A stretch of DNA of 64,000 nt from an uncultured Acidobacteriota bacterium (GTDB lineage Bacteria; Acidobacteriota; Thermoanaerobaculia; Multivoradales; UBA5704): assembly GCA_963698025.1 (NCBI GenBank), contig OY969112.1:1861200-1925199 (forward strand), in the 5' to 3' direction. Positions within the stretch are counted from its first letter, which is position 1; every line of letters starts with the position of its first letter. The notes beneath the pieces are model-generated. The model ran no database searches and was not told the DNA's origin. It saw only the letters and a program-made list of their open reading frames with translations. Made by a program: the position numbers and the translations under genes. Below are positions 18,244 to 27,375 of this stretch, in pieces.

Positions 18244-20118
18244 TCACCATCCGCACTTCTGGCCCTGGTTCTGCTGGTCGAGCCAGGTCTTCAGGGGGGC
18301 GAAGTAGTCGCTGATCGCGCTGGCGTCCATCTGCCGCTGGCCGGTGACGACTTCGAGGGCGTCGGGCCAGGGGTGGCTGGCGCCCATCTCCAGCATCTTG
18401 GCGAGGCGGGCTCCCGCCTCCTTGTTGCCGTAGATCGAGCAGCGGTGCAGCGGGCCCTTGTAGCCGGCCGCCTGGCAGAGCCCGCGGTGGAGCTGGAACT
18501 GGAGGATGTCGGCCAGGAAGTAGCGCATGTACGGCGTGTTGGCCGGCACGTGGTACTTCGCGCCCGGATCGAAGTCGGCCTCCGAGCGGGCGACCGGCGG
18601 CCGGACCCCCTGGTACTTCAGCCGCAGGTCCCACCAGGCCTGGTTGTAATCGGCGGGCGTGACCTCGCCGGAAAAGACCTTCCAGCGCCACTGGTCGATC
18701 AGCAGGCCGAAGGGGAGGAAGGCCACCTTCTCGAGCGCCTTCTTCATCAGCAGGCCGATGTCCTTGGACTCGTCGGGCACCTGGTCGATCAGCCCGATCT
18801 GCTTCAGGTACTCCGGCGTGATCGACAGCGCGATGGTGTCCCCCACCGCCTCGTGGAAGCCGTCGTTGGCGCTGTCCTGGTAGAGGAACGGCAGGGTGTC
18901 GTAGGCGCGCTGGTAGAAGTTGTGCCCGAGCTCGTGGTGGACGGTGCGGAAGTCCTCGTCGTTGATCTTGACGCAGACCTTGATCCGCAGGTCGTCCTTG
19001 TAGTCGATGTCCCAGGCGCTGGCGTGGCAGACGACGTCGCGGTCCTGCGGCTTCTTGAACAGCGAGCGCTCCCAGAAGGTCTTGGGGAGCGGCGCGAAGC
19101 CCAGCGAGACGAAGAACTTCTCGCCGTACTTGACCATCCCGACCTCGTCCACCTTCTTCTCCTGCAGCACCTTGGTCAGGTCGTAGCCGGGGTCGGCGCT
19201 GGGGGGCGCGACCACGTCGTAGATCTGGTCCCACTCCTGCGCCCACATGTTTCCCAGCACGTGGGCCGGGATCGGCTGGTCGAGCGGCACGACGGCGTCG
19301 CCGTACTTCTGGTTGAGCCGGGCCCGCACGTAGCAGTGGAGGGAGTCGTAGAGCGGCTTGAGCTGACCCCAGAGGCGGTCGAGCTCGGGGCCGAAGGCCT
19401 CGGGCGCCATGTCGTACTTGGCGCGCCAGAGGACGCCGGTGTCCTTGTAGCCCAGCTCGCGGGCCCCCTGGTTGGCGATCTCGACCAGCCGGGCGTAGTC
19501 GGCGCGCATCGGCGGCGAGATCTTGTGCCAGCCGACCCAGGTGTCCAGCAGCTCCTTGGGGTCGCGGCTGTTGCGCATGATGTCCTCGACGTCGGGCAGG
19601 CTCTTGCACTCGCCGCCCCCCGGCGGGCAGTACTTGCCGGCGCCGTACTGGGCGTCGAGCGAGGCGGCGAGGCGGGAGAGCTCGGCGTTCTTTTGGGGAT
19701 CGGCGGGCGCCGGCAGCACCAGAGTGCGCTTGAGCAGCTCCATCTGGCGACGCAGGTCGGCAGGGAGCTCGACGCCGTCGAAGCGGGTCGCCTGCTTGGC
19801 GAGGTCGACGGACACGCCGGTGAGCACCTCGTTGCGCGCGGCGGCGAGGATCTGGGTGTCGTCGGTGATGAAGTTCTCCTGCACCCACCCGGCCCGGCCG
19901 GCCTCGACCGCGAGATCGAACAGGCGCTTCTGCGCGCCGTCGAGGAACTTCCTGGCCTCTTCGGCGGTCGGCTTCGCGCTCGCCCTCGATGCGGCCGGCC
20001 TGGCGGCGGTTTTCTTCTTTGGCGCGGCCGCCGCGGGACCGGCCGCGAAGGCCAGGAGCAGCCCGGCACCGGCGAGGAGCGCGGCGGTACGGCGGAAGGA
20101 AAGGAACGAATTCTTCAT
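18244..20118 (-). CDS. Peptidase M2 (angiotensin-converting-enzyme-like peptidyl-dipeptidase), secreted
   Basis: The start is ATG 20118, giving the signal peptide MKNSFLSFRRTAALLAGAGLLLAFAAGPAAAA. A HEXXH zinc motif (HHELGHNFY) and ACE-like downstream blocks are present. The remainder of the 1684-aa ORF is an artefact. Confidence 0.9.
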   Translation of the reverse strand: MKNSFLSFRRTAALLAGAGLLLAFAAGPAAAAPKKKTAARPAASRASAKPTAEEARKFLDGAQKRLFDLAVEAGRAGWVQENFITDDTQILAAARNEVLTGVSVDLAKQATRFDGVELPADLRRQMELLKRTLVLPAPADPQKNAELSRLAASLDAQYGAGKYCPPGGGECKSLPDVEDIMRNSRDPKELLDTWVGWHKISPPMRADYARLVEIANQGARELGYKDTGVLWRAKYDMAPEAFGPELDRLWGQLKPLYDSLHCYVRARLNQKYGDAVVPLDQPIPAHVLGNMWAQEWDQIYDVVAPPSADPGYDLTKVLQEKKVDEVGMVKYGEKFFVSLGFAPLPKTFWERSLFKKPQDRDVVCHASAWDIDYKDDLRIKVCVKINDEDFRTVHHELGHNFYQRAYDTLPFLYQDSANDGFHEAVGDTIALSITPEYLKQIGLIDQVPDESKDIGLLMKKALEKVAFLPFGLLIDQWRWKVFSGEVTPADYNQAWWDLRLKYQGVRPPVARSEADFDPGAKYHVPANTPYMRYFLADILQFQLHRGLCQAAGYKGPLHRCSIYGNKEAGARLAKMLEMGASHPWPDALEVVTGQRQMDASAISDYFAPLKTWLDQQNQGQKCGW

Positions 20119-20183
20119 CGAAATTCTCCGCAAAAGGTCATGGATCGCGCCGCGAGTATACCGGACCGGGCCGGCGGTGCCGT

Positions 20184-21371
20184 CTAGCGCGCCAGCGCGG
20201 TGGCGATCCGTGCCAGCCCCTCGGCGAGGGTGGCGCGCGAGCAGGCGAAGGAGAGACGGATGTGGTCGTCGGCGCCGAAGGCGGCGCCGGGCACCACCGC
20301 CACGGCCGCCTCCTCGAGGAGGTACTCGGCGATCTCGACCGAGCTCGCCCGCCCGGGACGGAAGCAGGCGGAGACCTGGGGGAAGGCGTAGAAGGCGCCG
20401 TGGGGCGGGCGGCAGCGGAAGCCGGGGATGGCGTTGAGGGCGTCGGCGACGATCGCGCGCCGCGCCCGGTACTCGGCGATCATCACCTCCACCTCGGGCT
20501 CGGCGTGGCGTAGCGCCGCGAGGGCCCCCACCATGGCGAAGGAGGTGGGGTTCGACGTGGCATGGCTCTGGATCTTCTCGACCGCGCCGATGACCGGCGC
20601 CGGCCCCAGCACGTAGCCGATCCGCCAGCCGGTCATCGCATAGGTCTTCGAGAACGATCCAACCATCACCACGGTCTCGGGAAACTCGGCGGCGAGCGCG
20701 GCGGCGCTGGCGGGGGGCTCGTCGTAGACGAAGCGCTCGTAGGTCTCGTCCGAGATCACGATCAAGCCGTGCTCGGCAGCGAAGGCGACCACCCGCCGCA
20801 GATCCTCGGCGCCGATCACGCCGCCGGTCGGGTTGCAGGGGGAGTTGAGGAGGATCGCCCGGGTGCGGCCGGTCACCGCCTCGAGCAGCGGACCGGCATG
20901 GATGCGGAAGCCGTCCTCGACCGCGGTGGGCACGGTGACGGGGCGGGCGCCGGCGAAGAGGATCTGCTCGGGGAAGCTCACCCAGCAGGGGGAGGGGAGG
21001 ACGACCTCGTCCCCCGCCTCGAACAGGGCGAGCGCCAGCTGGAAGAGCGCCGCCTTGCCACCGACGGTGACCACCGAGTCGGCCCCCTTCCAGGGGGAGC
21101 CCCAGCGGTCGCGGCAGGAGTCGGCGATCGCCGCCCGCAGCTCGGGCAGGCCGCTGCCGGGGGTATAACGGGTGAAGCCGTCGGCGAGGGCCTGCCGCGC
21201 CGCCTCCACCGCTACTTTGGGCGAGGAGAAGTCGGGCTCGCCGGCCCCGAGGTCCATCAGGTCGACACCTTGGGCTTTGAGCTCCGCGGCACGGCGGGTC
21301 ACGCGCAGGGTGGCGGATTCGCCGATCGCGGCGGCACGGGCGGATAGTTTCACGGGGGTGGATCGTATCAT
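20184..21371 (-). CDS. Class I/II pyridoxal-phosphate aminotransferase (aspartate aminotransferase-like)
   Basis: The start is ATG 21371 (MIRSTPVKLS). The PLP lysine region is SFSKTYAMTGWRIGY. Confidence 0.9.
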   Translation of the reverse strand: MIRSTPVKLSARAAAIGESATLRVTRRAAELKAQGVDLMDLGAGEPDFSSPKVAVEAARQALADGFTRYTPGSGLPELRAAIADSCRDRWGSPWKGADSVVTVGGKAALFQLALALFEAGDEVVLPSPCWVSFPEQILFAGARPVTVPTAVEDGFRIHAGPLLEAVTGRTRAILLNSPCNPTGGVIGAEDLRRVVAFAAEHGLIVISDETYERFVYDEPPASAAALAAEFPETVVMVGSFSKTYAMTGWRIGYVLGPAPVIGAVEKIQSHATSNPTSFAMVGALAALRHAEPEVEVMIAEYRARRAIVADALNAIPGFRCRPPHGAFYAFPQVSACFRPGRASSVEIAEYLLEEAAVAVVPGAAFGADDHIRLSFACSRATLAEGLARIATALAR

Positions 21372-21486
21372 CGGGATCCCCGTGGACTGGAAGCCCCCCC
21401 GCCGGGTGAATATCGATCGCGAATATCGATCGCGAATAAAAGCAGGCCGATGGCTGTTTCCCGGGGGTGGAGATCCAGACACGATC

Positions 21487-23397
21487 ATGAGGACGACGAT
21501 GATGAAACGGCACGGCAAGGCCCGCTCTCTCCTGCTGCTCCTCGGTCTGCTCGCTCTGCTGGCCCTCGCCGGACCGGCCGGGGCGCAGATCCGGGCGCCG
21601 CAGAAGGCGACGTTCGTCCTCAGCTCCGACCGCACCGCCTACGATGCCGGTACCCCGGCCCGCGTCGCCGCCCTGGTGACGATCGAGCATGGATGGCACG
21701 TCAACAGCCACCAGCCGACCTTCGAATACCTGATCCCGACGGTCCTCGACCTCGAGCTGCCGGCCGGATGGCCACAGGAGACGGTCCAGTATCCGGCGGC
21801 GAAGATGAAGACCTTCTCCTTCGAGCCCCACCCGCTGGCCGTCTACGACGGCGACGTGGTGATGCTGGCCTCGCTGCAGGTGCCGAAGGGGGTGAAGAAG
21901 GGGAGCTACCCCGTCCACGCCTCCCTGCGCTACCAGGCCTGCAACGACTCGCAGTGCCTGCCGCCGGTGACCGCCGAGGCGCGGATCCAGCTCACCGTCG
22001 GGCCGGGCGGCCAGGCACAACGCGGCGAGGTCTTCTCGAAGGGAGTCGCTTCGAAGGGAGCTGCCGGAGGTGAAACGGCGATCGTTCCCGAGGCGCCGGC
22101 AGCGGCCGCTCCGGCGAAGCCCGCCGGAGGCCTGGGCGTCACGCTGCTGCTCGCCCTGCTCGGCGGGCTGATCCTCAACGCCATGCCCTGCGTGCTGCCG
22201 GTGCTCTCGCTCAAGGTCTTCGGCCTGGTGCGCAGCGCCGGCCACGGCCGCGCCGAGGTGGTGCGGGGGGCGCTCGCCACCTCGGCGGGCATCATCGTCT
22301 CGTTCCTGGCGCTGGCGGCGGCGGCGGTGGTGGCGCACGCGGCCGGAGCCGCGGTGGGCTGGGGGGTGCAGTTCCAGCACCCGGGCTTCGTCGCCTTCCT
22401 CGCCGTGGTGGTGGTGCTCTTCTGCCTTAATCTCTGGGGATTGTTCGAGATCCCCCTGCCGCAGCGGCTGGCCCGGATGGGCGGCGCGGCACACCGCGAG
22501 GGGATCGCCGGCCACTTCTTCTCCGGCCTCTTCGCCACCCTGATGGCCACCCCCTGCTCGGCGCCGTTCCTCGGCACGGCGATCGGCTTCGCCCTCGCCC
22601 AGAAGGCGCCGGTGGTGTTCGCGATCTTCGCCGCCCTCGGGCTCGGCATGGCGCTCCCCTACCTGCTGGTGGCGGCGGTACCGGGCATCGCCCGCCTCCT
22701 TCCGCGGCCGGGAGCCTGGATGGAGACGGTGCGCGGGGTGATGGGCTTCCTGCTGGCCGCGGCCGCGGTCTGGCTGTTCTACGTGCTCTCCTCGCAGGTG
22801 GCGCCGGAGCAGCTCGCCGCGATCCAGCTCGGCCTGCTGGGGATCGGCCTCTTCACCTGGATCCGCCACCGGGTGGCGAGCGGCCGCGCGATGCGCGGCA
22901 TGGCGGCAGCGGGGATCGTGGCCGCCATCGCGATCACGCTGCTGACCGCCACGAGCGCCGCCGGCACCCGCGGCGAGGCCGGGCAGAGCCTGACCACCTC
23001 CCGGACCGCCGGCCTGATCCCCTGGGTGCGGTTCGACCGCGCCCGGGCCGAATCGCTCGCCCGCGGCGGCCAGCTGGTCTTCGTGGACGTGACCGCCGAC
23101 TGGTGCTTCACCTGCAAGGTCAACGAGCGGCTGGTGCTCGACACCCCCGAGGTCGCCAGGGTCTTCGAGGAGCACAACGTGGTGCCGATGCGGGCCGACT
23201 GGACGAACCAGAACGGCGAGATCGGCAGGTTCCTCGCCGATCACGGCCGCTACGGCATCCCGTTCTATCTCCTCTACCGCCCGGGCCGCGAGCCGCACGT
23301 CTTCAGCGAGGTGCCGAACAAGGCCGGGGTGGTCGCCGCCGTCGAGTCGGCGGCCGGCGGCCCTCCTACCCCCCCGGCGGCAGGTGCCGGCTCTTGA
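21487..23397 (+). CDS. dsbD: Thiol:disulfide interchange protein DsbD family (protein-disulfide reductase)
   Basis: It has a signal peptide. The transmembrane Cys motifs are NAMPCVLPVLSLKV and MATPCSAPFLG. A C-terminal thioredoxin domain carries CFTC. Confidence 0.9.
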   Translation: MRTTMMKRHGKARSLLLLLGLLALLALAGPAGAQIRAPQKATFVLSSDRTAYDAGTPARVAALVTIEHGWHVNSHQPTFEYLIPTVLDLELPAGWPQETVQYPAAKMKTFSFEPHPLAVYDGDVVMLASLQVPKGVKKGSYPVHASLRYQACNDSQCLPPVTAEARIQLTVGPGGQAQRGEVFSKGVASKGAAGGETAIVPEAPAAAAPAKPAGGLGVTLLLALLGGLILNAMPCVLPVLSLKVFGLVRSAGHGRAEVVRGALATSAGIIVSFLALAAAAVVAHAAGAAVGWGVQFQHPGFVAFLAVVVVLFCLNLWGLFEIPLPQRLARMGGAAHREGIAGHFFSGLFATLMATPCSAPFLGTAIGFALAQKAPVVFAIFAALGLGMALPYLLVAAVPGIARLLPRPGAWMETVRGVMGFLLAAAAVWLFYVLSSQVAPEQLAAIQLGLLGIGLFTWIRHRVASGRAMRGMAAAGIVAAIAITLLTATSAAGTRGEAGQSLTTSRTAGLIPWVRFDRARAESLARGGQLVFVDVTADWCFTCKVNERLVLDTPEVARVFEEHNVVPMRADWTNQNGEIGRFLADHGRYGIPFYLLYRPGREPHVFSEVPNKAGVVAAVESAAGGPPTPPAAGAGS

Positions 23398-24520
23398 GCC
23401 GTCTCGCCCTCTCGTCGTCGCAGTAGCTCACCGGCAGCGTCACCGTCATCACCGCCCCGCCGCCGGGGCGGTTGGCGGCCACCACCTCGCCGCCGTGCTG
23501 CTCGGCGATCCGCTGCACGATCGACAGCCCCAGGCCGGTGCCACCGCGGCGCCGGGTGAAGAACGGCTCGAACAGGCGATCGAGATCCGCGGCGCGGAAG
23601 CCCGGCCCGGAATCCTCCACCACGAACCGCACCAGATCCTCCCCCGCCACCTGCGCCCGGATCACGACACGCCCCCCGGACTGCGAGTGCTGGATGGCGT
23701 TCTCGAGCAGGTTCTGGAAGATCTGCACGATGCGGCCGCGGTCGACCACCAGGCGCGGCAGGCCCGGCTCGGCCGCCTGGGCGATCTCGACGCCGGTCTG
23801 GTCGGCCAGCGGCGCGCAGGCGACGATCGCCGCCGAGATCACCTCCTGGGGGCAGGCCTCGCCGAGGTCGAAGCGCGGCGGCTTGCCGTAGTCGAGCAGC
23901 TGGCGCATCAGCTCGTTGAGCCGCCCGACCCGCTCGCGCAGCACGTCGAGGTAGCGCCGGTACTCGGTCCGCCGCTTGAATTTCGACTCGAAGGCGTCGA
24001 GGGTCGCCGAGATGCCGAACAGGGGGTTGCGCACCTCGTGGGCGACGCCCGCCACCAGAGATCCCATGGCCGACATCGTCTCGCTGCGCCGCAGCCGCTC
24101 CTGGAGGCGGGCGGTGTCGGTGATGTCGAGGATCACGACAACGGCCCAGCGGTCGCGGTCGGGACCGACGACCGGGCTGATCGACACGTCCCAGGTCTGC
24201 CCCTCTTCCCGGTGCGCCTGGGCGCTGGCCCGCCGGTCGCTCTCCGCCACCTCGCCGAGCAGCGAGCGGACCGTCCGCCAGGGCTGCCCGTCGCCGAGCA
24301 CCGCCAAGGGGTGGTGGATCGCCCCCTCGTAGGAGAGGCCGCCGAGCTCCCGCGCCGCCTCGTTCATGCGGATGATGCGGCCGTCCATCTCGAGCAGCAG
24401 CAGGGGGGAGGCGATGGCGTCGAAGGTCAGCCGCCATTCGAGAGCCGAGCGGCTGATCAGCCGCTGAAGCTCCGCCTGACGGTTCTCGCCGCCGTCGCCG
24501 CCGGTGACGTCGATAGGCAT
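23366..24520 (-). CDS. PAS-domain sensor histidine kinase
   Basis: The start is ATG 24520. The H-box is VAHEVRNPLFGI and the HATPase motif is GGTGLGLSIVQRIAEQHGG. Confidence 0.85.
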   Translation of the reverse strand: MPIDVTGGDGGENRQAELQRLISRSALEWRLTFDAIASPLLLLEMDGRIIRMNEAARELGGLSYEGAIHHPLAVLGDGQPWRTVRSLLGEVAESDRRASAQAHREEGQTWDVSISPVVGPDRDRWAVVVILDITDTARLQERLRRSETMSAMGSLVAGVAHEVRNPLFGISATLDAFESKFKRRTEYRRYLDVLRERVGRLNELMRQLLDYGKPPRFDLGEACPQEVISAAIVACAPLADQTGVEIAQAAEPGLPRLVVDRGRIVQIFQNLLENAIQHSQSGGRVVIRAQVAGEDLVRFVVEDSGPGFRAADLDRLFEPFFTRRRGGTGLGLSIVQRIAEQHGGEVVAANRPGGGAVMTVTLPVSYCDDERARRLKSRHLPPGG

Positions 24521-24578
24521 TCCGCCCTCGCTGAAGGATGATCGGTTGACTCGCGTAGTATATCTCCGGGAGGGGTTG

Positions 24579-24893
24579 ATGCGGGACGAGGACGAGGAGG
24601 ACGGCGACGAGGGATTTCCGGGGCTCGAGCCGGTCGAGCTGCCGATCACCGACGTGCTCGACCTGCACAGCTTCCGGCCGGCCGAGGTGCCGGACGTCGT
24701 GCGCGAATATCTCGAAGCGGCCGCGGCGAAGGGGTTCCGCGAGCTGCGCATCATCCATGGCAAGGGGATCGGGGTGCAGCGCCAGACCGTGCGCACGCTG
24801 CTCTCCCGGGACGGCCGGGTGGAGGCCTTCGGCGACGCCCCCATGGAGGCCGGCGGGTGGGGCGCCACCTGGGTGAGGCTGCGCTCCGTCTAG
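24579..24893 (+). CDS. Smr domain-containing protein
   Basis: Smr motifs are present: LDLHSFRPAEV ... LRIIHGKGIGV. Confidence 0.75.
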   Translation: MRDEDEEDGDEGFPGLEPVELPITDVLDLHSFRPAEVPDVVREYLEAAAAKGFRELRIIHGKGIGVQRQTVRTLLSRDGRVEAFGDAPMEAGGWGATWVRLRSV

Positions 24894-24906
24894 GAGGAAG
24901 AACGCC

Positions 24907-26733
24907 ATGCGCTCCGCCATCGCCAAGGCCTGGCGCCGGGGGCGGCGGCGGTTGTCCGGCGCCGCTGGCTTCGCCAGCCGGGCGCGCGTCCAGCTCGTCT
25001 ACGGCCGGCGCTATCAGGTCGATCTCCCCGGGGTCGCCTACGACTTCCAGCGCGGCGAGCGCATCCTCGCCTTCCTGGACGCGGCGGGCCTGCTCGACCG
25101 CGACGACGTCCACTCCGCCGAGCCGATCCCCTTCCGCTACCTGCGCCGGGTCCACACCGACGACTACCTGAGCGACGTCACGCGGCCGGACGCCCTGCTG
25201 CGGATCCTCGGCCTGCAGCTCTCCGAGGAGCTCGCCGAGCGGGTGCTGGAGGCCCAGCGCACCATGGCCGGAGGGACGCTGGCGGCGGCCCGCCTCGCGC
25301 TCGCCTCGCGCCAGATCGCCGTCAGCCTGGGAGGTGGGATGCACCACGCCTTCGCGGCCAAAGGGGAGCGCTTCTGCGTCTACAACGACGTCGCCACCGC
25401 CATCGCCGAGCTGCGCGCCCAGGGGATCGGCTCGCGGGTGCTGGTGGTCGACCTCGACCTCCACGACGGCGACGGCACGCGCTCGATCTTCGCCGCCGAC
25501 CGTTCGGTCCACACCTTCTCGATCCACAACTACACCTCGCCCGGTATCCAGGCGGAGGAGGCGACCACGATCGAGCTGGGGGGCGGCGTGGGGGACGAAG
25601 CCTATCTGGAGGCCGTGCGCGCCAGCCTGCCGCCGGTGATCGAGCGGTTCGCGCCCCAGATCGTCTTCTACCTCGCCGGCAGCGATCCGGCGGCGGACGA
25701 CCAGATCGGCGACTGGAAGATCACCGCCGGAGCGATGCTCGAGCGCGATCGCTTCGTCCTCTCGTCTGTCCGCGAGGGGGCGCGGAAGCTGCCGCTGATC
25801 GTCGTGCTCGCGGGCGGGTATGGGCTCAACGCCTGGCGCTACAGCGCCCGCCTCCTCTCGACCCTCCTCAACCGCGGCCGGGCGATCGAGCCGCCCAGCA
25901 CCGAGGAGCTGCTGCTGACCCGCTACCGCAGCCTCGCCCGCGGGATCGAGGAGCACGAGCTCACCGGCGAGCCCCAGCGGCAGGACGACTGGGGGCTCAC
26001 GGCGGAGGATCTCGCCGGCGCGCTCGGCGGCCCCCGCCGGCCGCGGCGCCTGCTCGGCTTCTACTCGCGGCAGGGGCTGGAGCTCGCGCTCGAACGCGCC
26101 GGCCTCCTCGAGCGGGTGCGGGACCTCGGCTTCGAGCGCCCGACGCTCGAGCTCGACCTCGACAACCCGGCGGGTGACACCGCTCGCCTCTACGGCGACG
26201 CGCAGCGGCTGGAGCTGCTGATCGAGACCCGCCTGCGCGTCGACCGCGGCGCGCTGCCCGGCATGGCCCTGCTGCGCGTCGAGTGGCTCCTGCTCCAGAA
26301 CCCGCGCGGGCGGTTCACCGCCGAGCACCCCCGGCTGCCAGGCCAGACTCATCCAGGGCTCGGCATGCTCCAGGACCTCATCGCCCTCTTCGTCCTCATC
26401 TGCGACCGACTGCAGCTCGACGGGCTCCTCTTCGTGCCGTCGCATTACCATATCGCCGTCCACGGCCGGAAGACGATGCGCTTCTTGAGCCCCGCCGACG
26501 AGGGTCTCTACCGCACGCTGGAGCGAGTGCTCCAGCCGCTCCCCTTCGCCGAGGCGGCCGCGGCGGTGGCCGCCGGCCGGGTGGTCGACGGCGCGACCGG
26601 CCACCCCTTCACCTGGCGGCCGGCCGCCATGGTCTTCCCGGTGAGCGAACGGCTGCGCGAGCAGGTCACCGGCGAGGAGTACGAACGGCAGGTAGCCGAA
26701 GAGGCCGGCCGGCACGCCTTCGCGCTACGGTGA
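24907..26733 (+). CDS. Histone deacetylase-family (HDAC / AcuC-like) protein with a long C-terminal extension
   Basis: The HDAC signatures SLGGGMHHAF and VVDLDLHDGDG are present. The C-terminal ~300 aa are uncharacterised. Confidence 0.85.
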   Translation: MRSAIAKAWRRGRRRLSGAAGFASRARVQLVYGRRYQVDLPGVAYDFQRGERILAFLDAAGLLDRDDVHSAEPIPFRYLRRVHTDDYLSDVTRPDALLRILGLQLSEELAERVLEAQRTMAGGTLAAARLALASRQIAVSLGGGMHHAFAAKGERFCVYNDVATAIAELRAQGIGSRVLVVDLDLHDGDGTRSIFAADRSVHTFSIHNYTSPGIQAEEATTIELGGGVGDEAYLEAVRASLPPVIERFAPQIVFYLAGSDPAADDQIGDWKITAGAMLERDRFVLSSVREGARKLPLIVVLAGGYGLNAWRYSARLLSTLLNRGRAIEPPSTEELLLTRYRSLARGIEEHELTGEPQRQDDWGLTAEDLAGALGGPRRPRRLLGFYSRQGLELALERAGLLERVRDLGFERPTLELDLDNPAGDTARLYGDAQRLELLIETRLRVDRGALPGMALLRVEWLLLQNPRGRFTAEHPRLPGQTHPGLGMLQDLIALFVLICDRLQLDGLLFVPSHYHIAVHGRKTMRFLSPADEGLYRTLERVLQPLPFAEAAAAVAAGRVVDGATGHPFTWRPAAMVFPVSERLREQVTGEEYERQVAEEAGRHAFALR

Positions 26734-27280
26734 GGCTCGTCCCCTGGAGCAGATGGCCTTCCGCCCGGCGGAAAGCCTCTTCGGCTCCCCTGAGGTCGGC
26801 AGCGACCCGCCGGGCGTGGCCGATGACCGTCCAGCATCGCCCCCGCGCGTCGGCGAGCAGCGGCTCGCCGTAGCAGGCGGCGTCGAGCGACTCGACGAGC
26901 GTGAGGGCCAGGGCCGCCAGGCGCTCCCCCTGCCCGGGATCGTCGAAACTGTCGCCGTAGCCCTTGCGGAGGAGCAGCTCGCAGAGGGGAAAATTGCGGA
27001 AGCGCCGGCTGTTGCGCGCCAGCATCTCCCGCCGCCCTGGCGGATGGCGCAGCAGCTCGGCGAACAGCGCGGGCGCCTCGTCCCTCTCCCGCGCCGCGGC
27101 CTGGATGAAAGGGAGGAGACCCGCCAGCACGCCGTCCACGGTGCGGCCAATCTCCATCTCCGACGGCTGCCAGGTGAGCAACCGGGCCTCCAGCTCCGGG
27201 GAGGCGTTTTGCTTCGAGATCTCGGGCTCGGAATCGAGTGTCGACATCATCACGACCTGTTCTTCGTTTCGTAGAATCAA
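26666..27280 (-). CDS. Hypothetical protein, paralogous to the N-terminal domain of the zf-HC2/TPR protein at 58492
   Basis: LLRHPPGRREMLARNSRRFRNFPLCELLLRKG aligns with LARHSHERRLALVRTTRRFASWGLCELLCRES, and GAEEAFRRAE aligns with GAEEAFSMSD. The 3' end overlaps the convergent HDAC gene by 68 nt. The start is TTG 27280 or ATG 27250. Confidence 0.5.
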   Translation of the reverse strand: MILRNEEQVVMMSTLDSEPEISKQNASPELEARLLTWQPSEMEIGRTVDGVLAGLLPFIQAAARERDEAPALFAELLRHPPGRREMLARNSRRFRNFPLCELLLRKGYGDSFDDPGQGERLAALALTLVESLDAACYGEPLLADARGRCWTVIGHARRVAADLRGAEEAFRRAEGHLLQGTSLTVARRRAGRPLRLPAVRTPRR

Positions 27281-27375
27281 TCTCGCAATCGGTCCCCTTC
27301 AATAGAGAGTTGCCGGCGCGGGCTTCCGCGTGACAACAAATCCTGATTTCGATAAAAAGCCGGAGCCCCCCTGCT

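Noticed and set aside
18244-23298. The single 1684-aa minus-strand ORF spanning 18244-23298.
   Set aside because: Only the 3' third, from ATG 20118, has M2-peptidase homology and a signal peptide. The upstream part crosses the aminotransferase gene and the opposite-strand DsbD gene in a low-complexity frame.
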